This document shows positions 52,101 to 62,700 of a DNA stretch of 64,000 nt, in pieces. The position numbers and the translations under genes were made by a program. The stretch spans positions 124,001-188,000 of the IMG/VR virus record IMGVR_UViG_3300049043_000112. One strand, given 5' to 3'. Each line of letters opens with the position of its first letter. Within the stretch, counting starts at the first letter, position 1. The notes under the pieces are model-generated. The model was not told the DNA's origin. It saw nothing but the letters and a program-made list of their open reading frames with translations, and searched no databases.

Positions 52101-54878
52101 AACATCTTCCTATAAAGACATTATCGTTTCCTGTAGTATTACTTCTACCAGAACTTATACCAAAGAAGTTATTATTTGACCCTGTAGTATTATAACGTCC
52201 TGCAGCAAGACCAAAGAAGTTATTATAATTTCCAGTGGTATTACAACGACCTGCAAAACGACCAATGAAGTTATTATAACCACCAAAAGTATTAGCAAAT
52301 CCCGCACAGGTACCTATAAATGTGTTGTAGTTTCCTGTAGTATTACAACGTCCTGCCTGGTTTCCAAAGAAATTATTGTTACAACCAGTTGTATTTTCTC
52401 TTCCAGCATTAACTCCTAAGAAATTATTAGAACTACCAGTAGTAGTTTTATAACCACCATAACGTCCAAAGAAGTTATTATAACACCCAGTGGTGCTAAA
52501 ATACCCAGCAAATTGCCCTAAGAAATTATTACAAGAACCAAAAGTATTGCAATAACCAGCCCAGAACCAATAAAATTATTATTACTTCCTGTGGTATTAT
52601 AACGTCCTGCACCAGAACCAAAGAAGTTATTGTATCCTCCAAAAGTATTGCATAGTCCTGCAGATACTCCTATAAAGTTATTACGAACGCCTGTTGTATT
52701 GCAGAAACCAGCACGTAATCCTAAGAAATTATTATATTGTCCAAAAGTATTAGAAAATCCAGCACATTGCCCTATGAAGTTGTTGTTGTTTCCTGTGGTG
52801 TTGTTTCTACCAGCAGAAGAACCAAAGAAGTTATTGTTGCTTCCAGTGGTATTACAAAGTCCAGAATTAAGACCAAAGAAATTATTATATGAACCTGTAG
52901 TATTATACCTACCTGCACTACGACCCATCAAATTATTAAAACATCCTGTAGTATTACGATATCCAGCAGAGCATCCTATAAAATTGTTACTACTACCAAA
53001 AGTGTTGATACATCCAGCACATTGCCCTATAAAAGTGTTGTAGTTTCCTGTGGTGTTGCAGAAACCTGCAAAGTATCCAAAGAAATTATTAGATTGTCCA
53101 AAAGTATTAAAATACCCAGCACATTGCCCTATGAAGGTGTTGTTGGACCCTGTGGTGTTTGAGTAACCACCAGCAAATCCAATAAAGTTATTATAATTAC
53201 CAAAAGTATTTCTGTATCCTGCAGATACACCTATAAAGTTATTAGCATTTCCAGTTGTATTTAATTGCCCTGCAAACGCTCCAAAGAAGTTGTTGTATTT
53301 TCCTGTCGTATTAGAATATCCAGCACATTGCCCTATAAAAATATTATTGGTTCCTGTAGTATTTTGATTTCCTGCAGCACTTCCGATGAAATTATTATTA
53401 CAACCAATAGTATTAAAACGTCCAGCACCTCTTCCTATAAAGTTGTTATTAGACCCTGTGGTGTTGTTTCTACCTGCATAGAAACCAAAGAAGTTATTAT
53501 AGCAACCAGTAGTATTAGAACATCCAGCAAATATACCAAAGAAGTTGTTATAAGTACCAAAGGTATTAGAAAATCCAGCACATTGCCCTATGAAGGTGTT
53601 GTGGTTTCCTGTGGTGTTGCAAAATCCAGCACGTGATCCAAAGAAATTATTGCAACTTCCATAAACATTAGAAAAACCTGCATAACGACCTATAAAATTA
53701 TTATCATTTCCAGTAGTATTTTGACATCCAGCACCACGCCCAAAGAAATTATTACCAAATCCAGTGGTATTAAGAACTCCTGTAGCAACACCAAAGAAGT
53801 TATTAAAACAACCTGTAGTATTACATAATCCTGAACTTTGTCCAAAAAAGTTATTATAAGAACCAAAAGTATTATTTGCTCCAGCATTGGAACCTATAAA
53901 GGTGTTGTGGTTTCCTGTGGTGTTACAACGACCTGCATTAAACCCGAAGAAGTTATTATTTCCACCAAAAGTATTAGAATATCCAGCACATCTTCCTATG
54001 AAGTTGTTGTTGTTTCCTGTGGTATTAAATCTTCCACTGTAAGCACCAAAGAAGTTATTATAAGAACCACTAATATTACATAAACCAGCAGTTGTACTTA
54101 AAAAGATATTTCCATTTCCAATGGAATTATTTTTCCCTGCGTTTAAACCTATAAAAATATTTCTAATTCCAATTGTATTATAATATCCAGCACAGGTTCC
54201 TATGAAGGTGTTATCAGTTCCTGTGGTGTTACAAAATCCTGCACTAAATCCAAAGAAGTTATTAAAACAACCAGAAGTATTAAAAGCACCAGCACTATTT
54301 CCTACAAAGAAATTACTACATCCAAATGTATTACAAACTCCAGCGGTACGACCAATAAAAGTATTATTAGACCCAGTAGTATTTGCTTGTCCAGCACCAC
54401 TTCCTATAAAGACATTACGGGTTCCAGTGGTATTACATTGTCCAGCATTTTGTCCAATAAAAGTATTATAAACTCCAATTGTATTAGAATATCCAGCACA
54501 TTGTCCTATAAAAATATTATGATTACCAGTCGTTGTGGAACTACCAGCACCAACACCAGCAAAGAAGTTATTTTGCCCACCACTTAAACTACTTCCAGTT
54601 GTGGTATCACCAATTCTTATATTCGCTGTAGAACCAAAAGATACCTGAGTAAACGTAGAAACACCAGTGATATTCAGGTCTGCAAACGTGTTAGGACCAG
54701 TTGATATAGCACTTTCAATTGTTGCCGCTGTTGTAGCGTCTAGCGACGTAATGTTTTGAAGTTGTCTTGCAGAACTGATAACTTGTGTTGAACCAATGGA
54801 TAAGGTTCTTACGCTTGTAATACCAACACTAAAATTATCGTCTTGTACGTTATCTCCGCTAATTCTAGTTAGTGGCAT
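49195..54878 (-). CDS. Fibre protein C: more than 100 14-aa repeats plus peptidase S74 chaperone (about 1890 aa; indel near 52561)
   Basis: ORF 52518-54878 shifts near 52561 into the same frame as ORF 49195-50328; C-terminal STTSDERIKKNI...GLIAQE...YLINAIKEL. Confidence 0.85.
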
Positions 54879-54879
54879 A

Positions 54880-55206
54880 TCAGGTCATCTCCAGAATTGA
54901 TAAACTTGCGTCTAAACTTGAATTTGTATCACTAATTGCAGTAATGCTATCATTCGCTTCCATAATAATTTTGTTCCCCTGCATTACTTCTAATGAGGAA
55001 CCTTGTGGAATTGGAACATTCTTAACTAAACTTACACTATCAGAACTCGTTCTTGAAATTCCAACCGTGACATTAATACTTCCACCAGAAATATTTGCTA
55101 ATGTCAGACCAATCACTGTGGTCATAGTAGCAGATGGAACTGTATAAATTCCAACGGTCGTAACACCGATGTTTGTTTTTGTGCGTAGCTTGAAAACGTT
55201 CGCCAT
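54880..55206 (-). CDS. Small beta-rich virion protein
   Basis: MANVFK...IYTVPSA.TTVIGLTLAN...LVKNVPIP.GSSL...KIIME..D...SILEMT; resembles 63045-63386. Confidence 0.8.
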   Translation of the reverse strand: MANVFKLRTKTNIGVTTVGIYTVPSATMTTVIGLTLANISGGSINVTVGISRTSSDSVSLVKNVPIPQGSSLEVMQGNKIIMEANDSITAISDTNSSLDASLSILEMT

Positions 55207-55213
55207 TTATAGT

Positions 55214-58200
55214 TTATCCAAATGCTATTGAGAGACGTAGTGCTTCATCAAGAATATTAACTCCACCCACTTTAAGCGCGGTTGAACTATTTATATCACC
55301 CACCACATCCAGTTTATAATTTGGTACTGAGGTTCCTATACCGACGCTGCGAGTTTGAGTATCAAATACAAACGGGTCAGTGGATGTTGAAATACCGATA
55401 ATGGAGGTTGTAGCACTTCCAACAAACGCAATACTCTGATAACGTGGATTGGTGACTGTGGAGATACTTAAGGCACCAGCGGCAGCAGAGAGTTGTGTGA
55501 AATCAACAACAACTGTGCTTCCGTATCCAGCGATTGTAATTCCACTTCCAACAATATTAATGTCAGTGAACCCAACACCAATTCTGCGGTTGATAACACC
55601 AGATTGTGGATTAACACTTGTGGAACCAATACCAATTCCAGAAGTGAATAACTGACCACTTTGATACAATGCACCACTGAAGTTAATGTTTCCACCAACG
55701 TCTAAGGTGTATCCAGGAGCAGTGGAATTAATACCAACTCTTGGTCCGTTGGTTGTGGTAAGAATTGTTCCACCAACACCAACGTTTAGAAGTCCCGTTG
55801 TTGTAGCAGCACTGACACTGAGATTGGTTGCGTTCAGTGCTGCAATTGTTCCAACACCAGTGTAGTTAAGATAAGTTCCAGAAATATATGGAAGTGATGC
55901 AGTTCCACTGACTGTTAGATTATTCAGTGTTCCAACAGAAGTCAGTGAAGAGTTTGTTACACCAGTCCCAAGTGATGTTGAAGATAAGACATCTATACCA
56001 TTAATCTTATAAGTCTTACCTGTCGGAATATTTAAATTTTCACTAGATTTTAGTGAATTATTAACATAATCATAAGTGAAAGTCTTACGAATATTCGTAG
56101 AACCAATTCCAATTCCAGCACCATCAAGAAGAACATTGCTTGCAACACTTGTAGCAATACCAACAATAAAGTCCCCAAGAGCAATGGCAGTTGAATTAAC
56201 TACAACCTGACTACCATCAACATAAAGGTCACCCTTAATTCGAACTGCTCCACTATTGTCTCCAATGGCAGCAGGGTCGATAACAATACTTGAAGGTCCA
56301 GTGATTGTATCAGTGGTAATATTAATTCCAGTACCAATTGCACCCGTTGAAAGGCGAGTTGCAGTTACAATTCCCGTTAAGTTTAGATTTGTAATTGAAG
56401 CTGCAGTGCTATTGAAGTTGGTGATTGTACCAACTCCAGTGTAGTTCAGATTAGTACCACTGATTGTTGTAACGACACCAGTTACAAGATTGCCTCTATT
56501 TGCGTTAAGAGTAGAAGCATCTATGTTCGTATAATTTGCAGTTGTACCAGTGATTGAAGTTACAACACCAGAAGTAATATAAGCATTATCAAAGTCTGCA
56601 AATGTATAAGTAAGATTTGTACCGCTTAAAGTATCAACCGTACCAATACCAGTGTAATTTAAGAAAATACCTGTTGCACTGGTTATAATACCAGTAACGA
56701 TATTTGCACGATTAAAGTTACCAGTTGCATATGTTAAATTAGTTCCACTGAGAGTTGTAATTGAACCAGTAGTGCTATTCAGTGTTGCAATTGTACCAAC
56801 ACCAGTATAGTTAAGGTTTGTACCAGTTAAGTTGGTTGCGACACCAGTAACAATGTTTGCAGTTCCAAAGTTTCCAGTACCATACGTTAAGTTAGTACCA
56901 CTAAGAGTTGCAATTGTACCGATACCAGTGTAATTCAGTGTTGTACCAGTGATTGAAGTTACAACACCAGTGACTACATTTGCGGTCCCAAAATTACCAG
57001 TGGTATAGGTTGCACTTGTACCACTAATCGTTGAGATACTTCCAGTGGTACTATTAAGTGTTGTAATCGTACCAACACCAGTGTAGTTAAGATTTGTACC
57101 ACTAATGGTCGTAACTACACCAGCAACAACGTTTGCTGTACCAAAATTACCAGTGGTGTATGTGGCATTAGTACCAGAAATCGTGGTAACAACACCAGTT
57201 ACAATATTGCCAGTTGTAAGATTGCCAGTACCATAAGTCAGATTAGTACCACTAAGTGTCGTAACAACACCTGTTACAATATTACCAGTTCCTAAGTTAC
57301 CTGTGGTATAAGTTAAGTTGGTTCCACTGAGAGTTGTAATTGAACCCGTAGTACTGTTAAGCGTTGTAATTGTACCAACACCAGTATAATTTAAATTACT
57401 ACCTGAAATCGTGGTAACAACGCCAGTAACGATATTACCAGTTGTAATGTTTGCAGTTCCAAGATTACCTGTGGTATAAGTAAGATTAGTACCACTAATT
57501 GTTGTGACGACACCAGTAACGATATTACCAGTTGTAAGATTACCAGTACCATAAGTCAGATTAGTACCACTAAGTGTCGTAACAACACCTGTAACTACAT
57601 TAGCAGTGCCTAAGTTACCTGTAGTATAGGTAAGATTAGTACCACTTAAAGTTACGATACTACCTGTAGTGCTATTCAGTGTTGCAATCGTACCAATACC
57701 ACTATAAGTTAAGTTAGTACCACTAAGTGTCGTAACTACACCAGTAACAATATTACCAGTAGTAATATTTGCAGTTCCTAAGTTACCAGTCGTATAAGTT
57801 AAGTCAGTACCTGAAATCGTGGTAACAACACCAGTAACGATATTTCCAGTTGTGAAGTTACCGTTACCATACGTTAAGTTAGTGCCACTAAGAGTAGTAA
57901 CAACACCAGTTACAATATTTCCTGTAGCAGCATTGAGTGTTGTAAGAGTTCCTGTTGTACCAGTTAGATTGGTAATTGTACCAACACCAGTGTAATTCAG
58001 ATAAGTACCACTGATATTGGTAACAATACCAGTTACAACATTTGCATTTGTAATGTTTGCAGTTGTAATAATAGCAGTTGGTGCCGTGATAATACCAGAA
58101 GCATTGATATTTCTAACAACTGCTAAATCTCTTTCAGTGAATTGAACACTTCCAGCAGCAAGTCTTGTACCAACTGGAAACTGAGTTGAACCAATACCAA

Positions 58201-60223
58201 CAGCATAGTTTGTTAACCAAGCATCAGTTCCTAAACCAGAGAAGGAACCTGCCTTAAACCACATAATTTTCTTATATGTGGCAGGAGTGGTTTCAATTCC
58301 AGCAATGAATAGTTGAGTTAATGGTGTTCCTTCTGTCGATGCAACTGCAATACCACCATGATTTGCTGTTGTATCTGTAGAAACATCATTATTATAAGCA
58401 TCTGTAGTGAAACCAAGAACAATATCTGCGTCTTTAACTCTAAAGTCTTGTGCAACAATATAAGCACTTGTACCACCAATCGTGATATTGCCAGTTACAT
58501 TCAGATTGTTATTAACCTGTAAGTCATTTGCAATCGTGACATTTCCAGGTAACGTTGGATTGTTTGCAATTGCAACAACTGGTGTTGAGCTCTCTCCAGT
58601 TCCACCAGTAATTGTAATTTGATTTGTAGTTCCAGAAATATTCTGAACATAATCACCAGTTGTATCAGAACCAAGTGCAACAGAGTTAGGTTGAATTGTT
58701 GCAGCAAGAGAAACATTACCCGTTCCATCAAAGAAGATTGGTGAAGCAACAACATCACCAGTAATTTCAAATGTTCTTCTAGTTACAAGTTGAGTTGCAG
58801 ATGCTGCAATACCTGTAAGAGCACCTACAAATCCACCAGTTGAAGTTGTAACACCAGATATTAATAGATTGCTTCCACTGATATTTCCTGCAACTGTTAG
58901 ATTTCCAGTACCACCAAGTCGCATAACTTGAGTGGTGTTTCCATACCATTTAAATCCAACAGCATCAATATTATCATCAACTCCAAACCAAACATTATTT
59001 CCTTCAACACCAATTGCATAATTGGTTTTGGTGTTATTAGTAAAGTCATATAAACGAAGTCTTTCACCACTATAGTTACCAGCAGTTGGTGCTAAGAGTG
59101 ATGTACTGGTCGAAATAAAAGCGTTCCGAGTTGTTACAAACCCAAGAGCATTTAAATTATTTTGAACTGTAACTGTTGGAGTTGTGCTTCCAGTAAATTC
59201 AAGTGCCTTATATCCCCCAGCACTATTAATCTGCCCAACACCAATCGTTCCTTGGAAAGCAACGTTTCCAGTACCGCTATAAATGTAGAATGAATTAGTT
59301 CCGTCTGCTGCTTGAATATATCCTGTGCTTGGACGGAATGTGGAACCAGTTACAATACCTGATGAATTAATACTCTGAGCAGTCAGGTGTGTTACAGAAG
59401 TAACTCCAAGAGTGCTAATTCCAGTATAATTTAAATATGTACCAGTTAAATTAGTTGCGATACCAGTTACAATGTTCGCAGTACCAAAATTACCAGTTGT
59501 GTAAGTTAAGTTACTACCAGAAATCGTGGTAACGACACCTGTTACAGCGTTAGCGGTCGTGAAGTTACCATTACCATACGTCAGGTTAGTACCAGAAATC
59601 GTGGTAACAACTCCAGTAACGACATTTGCTGTTCCTAAGTTACCAGTAGTATAAGTGAGATTAGTACCACTTAGAGTTGCAATAGTACCAATGCCACTGT
59701 AATTCAGAGTGGTACCAGAAATCGTGGTGACGATACCTGCGACTACATTAGCAGTACCTAAGTTACCCGTAGTATAAGTGAGATTAGTACCACTTAATGT
59801 GTTAATCGTACCAATGCCACTATAATTTAAAGTAGTACCAGAAATTGTGGTTACAATACCACTAACAATGTTCGCGTTTGTATAATTAACTGTTGTACCA
59901 TTGAGTGTTGCAATTGTACCAACACCAGTATAATTTAAGTTGGTACCTGAGATTGTGGTAACAACACCAGTTACAATATTCCCTGTTCCTAAATTACCAG
60001 TTGTATAGGTTAAATTGGTACCACTTAATGTTGCAACGGTACCAATGCCTGTGACATTTAAATTTGTGCCGGTAATATTTGTAAGAGTTGCAATACCAGC
60101 ATTAATATTTCCGTTAAAAGTAGTGGCTGTAACTACACCAGTAACTAATACATCTCCAATTACGTGTAGAGCAGAAGTTGGATTTGTTGTCCCTATTCCA
60201 GTATTAGTCTTAAGTAGAGCCAT
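55214..60223 (-). CDS. Long Thr/Gly/Asn-repeat tail fibre-like protein (1669 aa)
   Basis: GIGTTNPTSALHV.G fibre motif; repeats of GNIVTGVVTTISGTNLTYTTGNLG and NLNYTGVGTI; ATAAATA upstream (about 60244-60250). Confidence 0.85.
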   Translation of the reverse strand: MALLKTNTGIGTTNPTSALHVIGDVLVTGVVTATTFNGNINAGIATLTNITGTNLNVTGIGTVATLSGTNLTYTTGNLGTGNIVTGVVTTISGTNLNYTGVGTIATLNGTTVNYTNANIVSGIVTTISGTTLNYSGIGTINTLSGTNLTYTTGNLGTANVVAGIVTTISGTTLNYSGIGTIATLSGTNLTYTTGNLGTANVVTGVVTTISGTNLTYGNGNFTTANAVTGVVTTISGSNLTYTTGNFGTANIVTGIATNLTGTYLNYTGISTLGVTSVTHLTAQSINSSGIVTGSTFRPSTGYIQAADGTNSFYIYSGTGNVAFQGTIGVGQINSAGGYKALEFTGSTTPTVTVQNNLNALGFVTTRNAFISTSTSLLAPTAGNYSGERLRLYDFTNNTKTNYAIGVEGNNVWFGVDDNIDAVGFKWYGNTTQVMRLGGTGNLTVAGNISGSNLLISGVTTSTGGFVGALTGIAASATQLVTRRTFEITGDVVASPIFFDGTGNVSLAATIQPNSVALGSDTTGDYVQNISGTTNQITITGGTGESSTPVVAIANNPTLPGNVTIANDLQVNNNLNVTGNITIGGTSAYIVAQDFRVKDADIVLGFTTDAYNNDVSTDTTANHGGIAVASTEGTPLTQLFIAGIETTPATYKKIMWFKAGSFSGLGTDAWLTNYAVGIGSTQFPVGTRLAAGSVQFTERDLAVVRNINASGIITAPTAIITTANITNANVVTGIVTNISGTYLNYTGVGTITNLTGTTGTLTTLNAATGNIVTGVVTTLSGTNLTYGNGNFTTGNIVTGVVTTISGTDLTYTTGNLGTANITTGNIVTGVVTTLSGTNLTYSGIGTIATLNSTTGSIVTLSGTNLTYTTGNLGTANVVTGVVTTLSGTNLTYGTGNLTTGNIVTGVVTTISGTNLTYTTGNLGTANITTGNIVTGVVTTISGSNLNYTGVGTITTLNSTTGSITTLSGTNLTYTTGNLGTGNIVTGVVTTLSGTNLTYGTGNLTTGNIVTGVVTTISGTNATYTTGNFGTANVVAGVVTTISGTNLNYTGVGTITTLNSTTGSISTISGTSATYTTGNFGTANVVTGVVTSITGTTLNYTGIGTIATLSGTNLTYGTGNFGTANIVTGVATNLTGTNLNYTGVGTIATLNSTTGSITTLSGTNLTYATGNFNRANIVTGIITSATGIFLNYTGIGTVDTLSGTNLTYTFADFDNAYITSGVVTSITGTTANYTNIDASTLNANRGNLVTGVVTTISGTNLNYTGVGTITNFNSTAASITNLNLTGIVTATRLSTGAIGTGINITTDTITGPSSIVIDPAAIGDNSGAVRIKGDLYVDGSQVVVNSTAIALGDFIVGIATSVASNVLLDGAGIGIGSTNIRKTFTYDYVNNSLKSSENLNIPTGKTYKINGIDVLSSTSLGTGVTNSSLTSVGTLNNLTVSGTASLPYISGTYLNYTGVGTIAALNATNLSVSAATTTGLLNVGVGGTILTTTNGPRVGINSTAPGYTLDVGGNINFSGALYQSGQLFTSGIGIGSTSVNPQSGVINRRIGVGFTDINIVGSGITIAGYGSTVVVDFTQLSAAAGALSISTVTNPRYQSIAFVGSATTSIIGISTSTDPFVFDTQTRSVGIGTSVPNYKLDVVGDINSSTALKVGGVNILDEALRLSIAFG

Positions 60224-62700
60224 CTTCTTCCTTTATATAAGGTTATTTATTTCCTAGTAATTAACATTATATCCAGTATAAATCGTCCAACTCGTACCAT
60301 CACTATTTCCTTCAAAAACATAACTTTGATTTTGCGATAATGTATAAGTTGCATATTGTGTTGTAGCACTTGCAACCATTCTTGCACCAGTAATCCTAGA
60401 ATGATTACCAACTAATAATTCCAAGACATTTTTTCCACCCATAATGCTTGGATTGAATAATGTAATCTCCAGAACAATGTTAGGAGACCCAACAGTTCCT
60501 GAAGTCGCTGCAGTTCCTTCATAACGAATTCTCTGATAATTCGTTCCACTTGCAAATCTAGAAACTCTTTGGTATGAGTTATCAGCAGAACCAAAATGGA
60601 ACTTAGGAACTGGTGGACGAGTTGCACCCAGTGCTCCAAGATTTCCATATTCACTTGCACCTGCACTAAAAGTTAGATACGTATTAGAACCCATATAGGT
60701 TGTTGTATATCCACTTCCAGCAATATAGAATGTAAATGGAAGAGTAATCGTTAAGAAACTATCATCGACAGAAGCATTTTGAATACTTGTCCACCCAGAA
60801 GGTGGATGTGGAGATGCCGCTCCAGCACCATAAGTAGGTGCTTTTGTTCCTGATACAATCGAATAAGAACCAGCAGGTGGTGGAGGTGTTACATCACTTA
60901 CACCAGTCAATTCATCAAAATAATTATAAACTCTTAAGTCCTTATTACTTACAATTCGCATTGGAACACTGCTGGTTAAGTCAGAAAACGTTCCTTCTTG
61001 CATTGTATTGGAGTAAAAAACTCCATACTGGTCTACACTTACATTTCTACTTGGTGCAGAAAATTCATCAAACAAGTTTGTAAATAAAACTCCATCTGAA
61101 CGTAATCTTGCTACAGTATTCATTAGATAAAGATAAAGTCTAAGGAATTTAATGTAGAATTATGTTGAATTTCAAAACGATTTGTTGAACCACTTGCCTG
61201 AACACCAACAGTACCAATCACGTCCAAGGTTTCTCTTGGTACTGCTGTTCCAATTCCAACTTCACCACTTACGTAAGCACCACCAGTAACTTGCAATCTT
61301 TGACTTGCAGTTCCAGTGCTTGTACCACTACCAATGAGTACTGGTCCATTGGTGAATGTCGAAACACCAGTAACACGAAGTTGTGTAAGTGTTCCAACAG
61401 AAGTCAGTGAAGAGTTAACAACTCCAGCACCTAAAGTTGTTGCAGATAATACATCAGTACCATTAATCTTATAGGTCTTTCCGGAAGGAAGATTGAAGTT
61501 TTCACTAGACTTCAGAGCATCATTTGTGAAATCATAAGTGAAGGTCTTACGAATATTCGTAGAACCAATTCCAATTCCAGCACCATCAAGAAGAGTATTT
61601 GATGCAACTGTGGTCGCAATACCAACATTGAAGTCAGCAAGTTCAATTGTTGATGAATTAACAATAAACTGAGTACCGTCTACATAAAGGTCTCCCTTAA
61701 TTCTAACTGCCCCAGTATTATCACCAACTCCAGCAGGGTCGATGGTAATCGTTGATGGTCCAGTAATTGAACCACTTGTAATATTAATTCCAGTACCAGA
61801 AGCGCCAGTTGAAAACTGAGTTGCAGTAATAATTCCTGATGAATTAATATAAGTAGCATTCAGATTGGTAATCGTACCGACACCAGTATAATTTAAGTTG
61901 GTACCACTGATTGTCGTAACAACACCAGTAACAATATTACCAGTTGTAAAATTGCCTGTTGTGTATGATACATTTACACCATTGAGAGTAGTGATACTTC
62001 CAAGAGTGCTATTCAGTGTTGCAATTGTACCAACACCAGTATAGTTTAAGTTAGTACCACTGATTGTGGTAACAACACCAGTGACGACATTTGCAGTTCC
62101 TAAGTTACCAGTCGTGTATGTTAAGTTAGTACCACTTAATGTGGCAATCGTACCAATACCACTGTAGTTCAGAGTGGTACCAGAAATTGTGGTAACAATA
62201 CCAGTAACAATATTTGCAGTTCCTAAGTTACCAGTTGTATAAGTGAGATTGGTACCACTTAAAGTTGCGACAGTACCAATGCCACTATAACTAATATCAG
62301 TTCCTCTTAAGGTGGTAACAACACCAACTACAACGTTTGCTGTTCCTAAGTTGCCAGTTGTATACGTTAAGTTAGTACCACTTAATGTAGCAATCGTACC
62401 AATGCCACTATAATTTAAAGTAGTACCAGTAATACTTGTTACTAGACCACTAACAATATTAGCAGTGCCCAAGTTACCAGTGGTGTATGTTAAGTTAGTA
62501 CCACCTACCGTAGCAATCGTACCAATACCACTGTAGTTTAGATTAGTACCAGTAATACTTGTAACAACACCAGTTACAATATTTCCAGTTGTAAAATTAC
62601 CATTGTTAAAGGTAAGATTTGTACCACTGGCAGTAATCAGTACACTATTAACACTATTGAAGTTGGTAATACTACCAGTTCCAGTGTAGTTTAAATTAAC
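56430..62700 (-). repeat. Degenerate Thr-rich coding repeats built from 5-aa multiples (about 56430-58060, 59400-60060, 61850-62700)
   Basis: Recurrent plus-strand TTAGTACCAC, AACACCAGT and CCTAAGTTACC in two paralogous genes. Confidence 0.88.
60254..61123 (-). CDS. Hypothetical virion-associated protein
   Basis: 289-aa ORF translationally coupled (TAATG) to the upstream fibre gene; Pro linker then a beta-rich domain (DDSF..ITLPFTF...Y...YMGSN.YLTF). Confidence 0.7.
   Translation of the reverse strand: MNTVARLRSDGVLFTNLFDEFSAPSRNVSVDQYGVFYSNTMQEGTFSDLTSSVPMRIVSNKDLRVYNYFDELTGVSDVTPPPPAGSYSIVSGTKAPTYGAGAASPHPPSGWTSIQNASVDDSFLTITLPFTFYIAGSGYTTTYMGSNTYLTFSAGASEYGNLGALGATRPPVPKFHFGSADNSYQRVSRFASGTNYQRIRYEGTAATSGTVGSPNIVLEITLFNPSIMGGKNVLELLVGNHSRITGARMVASATTQYATYTLSQNQSYVFEGNSDGTSWTIYTGYNVNY

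Larger units (their letters stand above)
43370..54580 (-). repeat. Three arrays of degenerate 42-bp coding repeats (about 43370-44380, 46340-48730, 49710-54580)
   Basis: Recurrent plus-strand CCAAAGAAGTTATT and CCTGTGGTGTT at 42-nt periodicity. Confidence 0.93.

Noticed and set aside
43370-54580. CRISPR array or DGR template/variable repeats
   Set aside because: Repeats are contiguous, degenerate and in-frame coding with no unique spacers; differences are not adenine-specific and no reverse transcriptase or cas gene is in the window
43246-54587. Many overlapping ORFs (PKKLL..., SSSI..., IITSL...) within the fibre genes
   Set aside because: Alternative-frame translations of the 42-bp coding repeat
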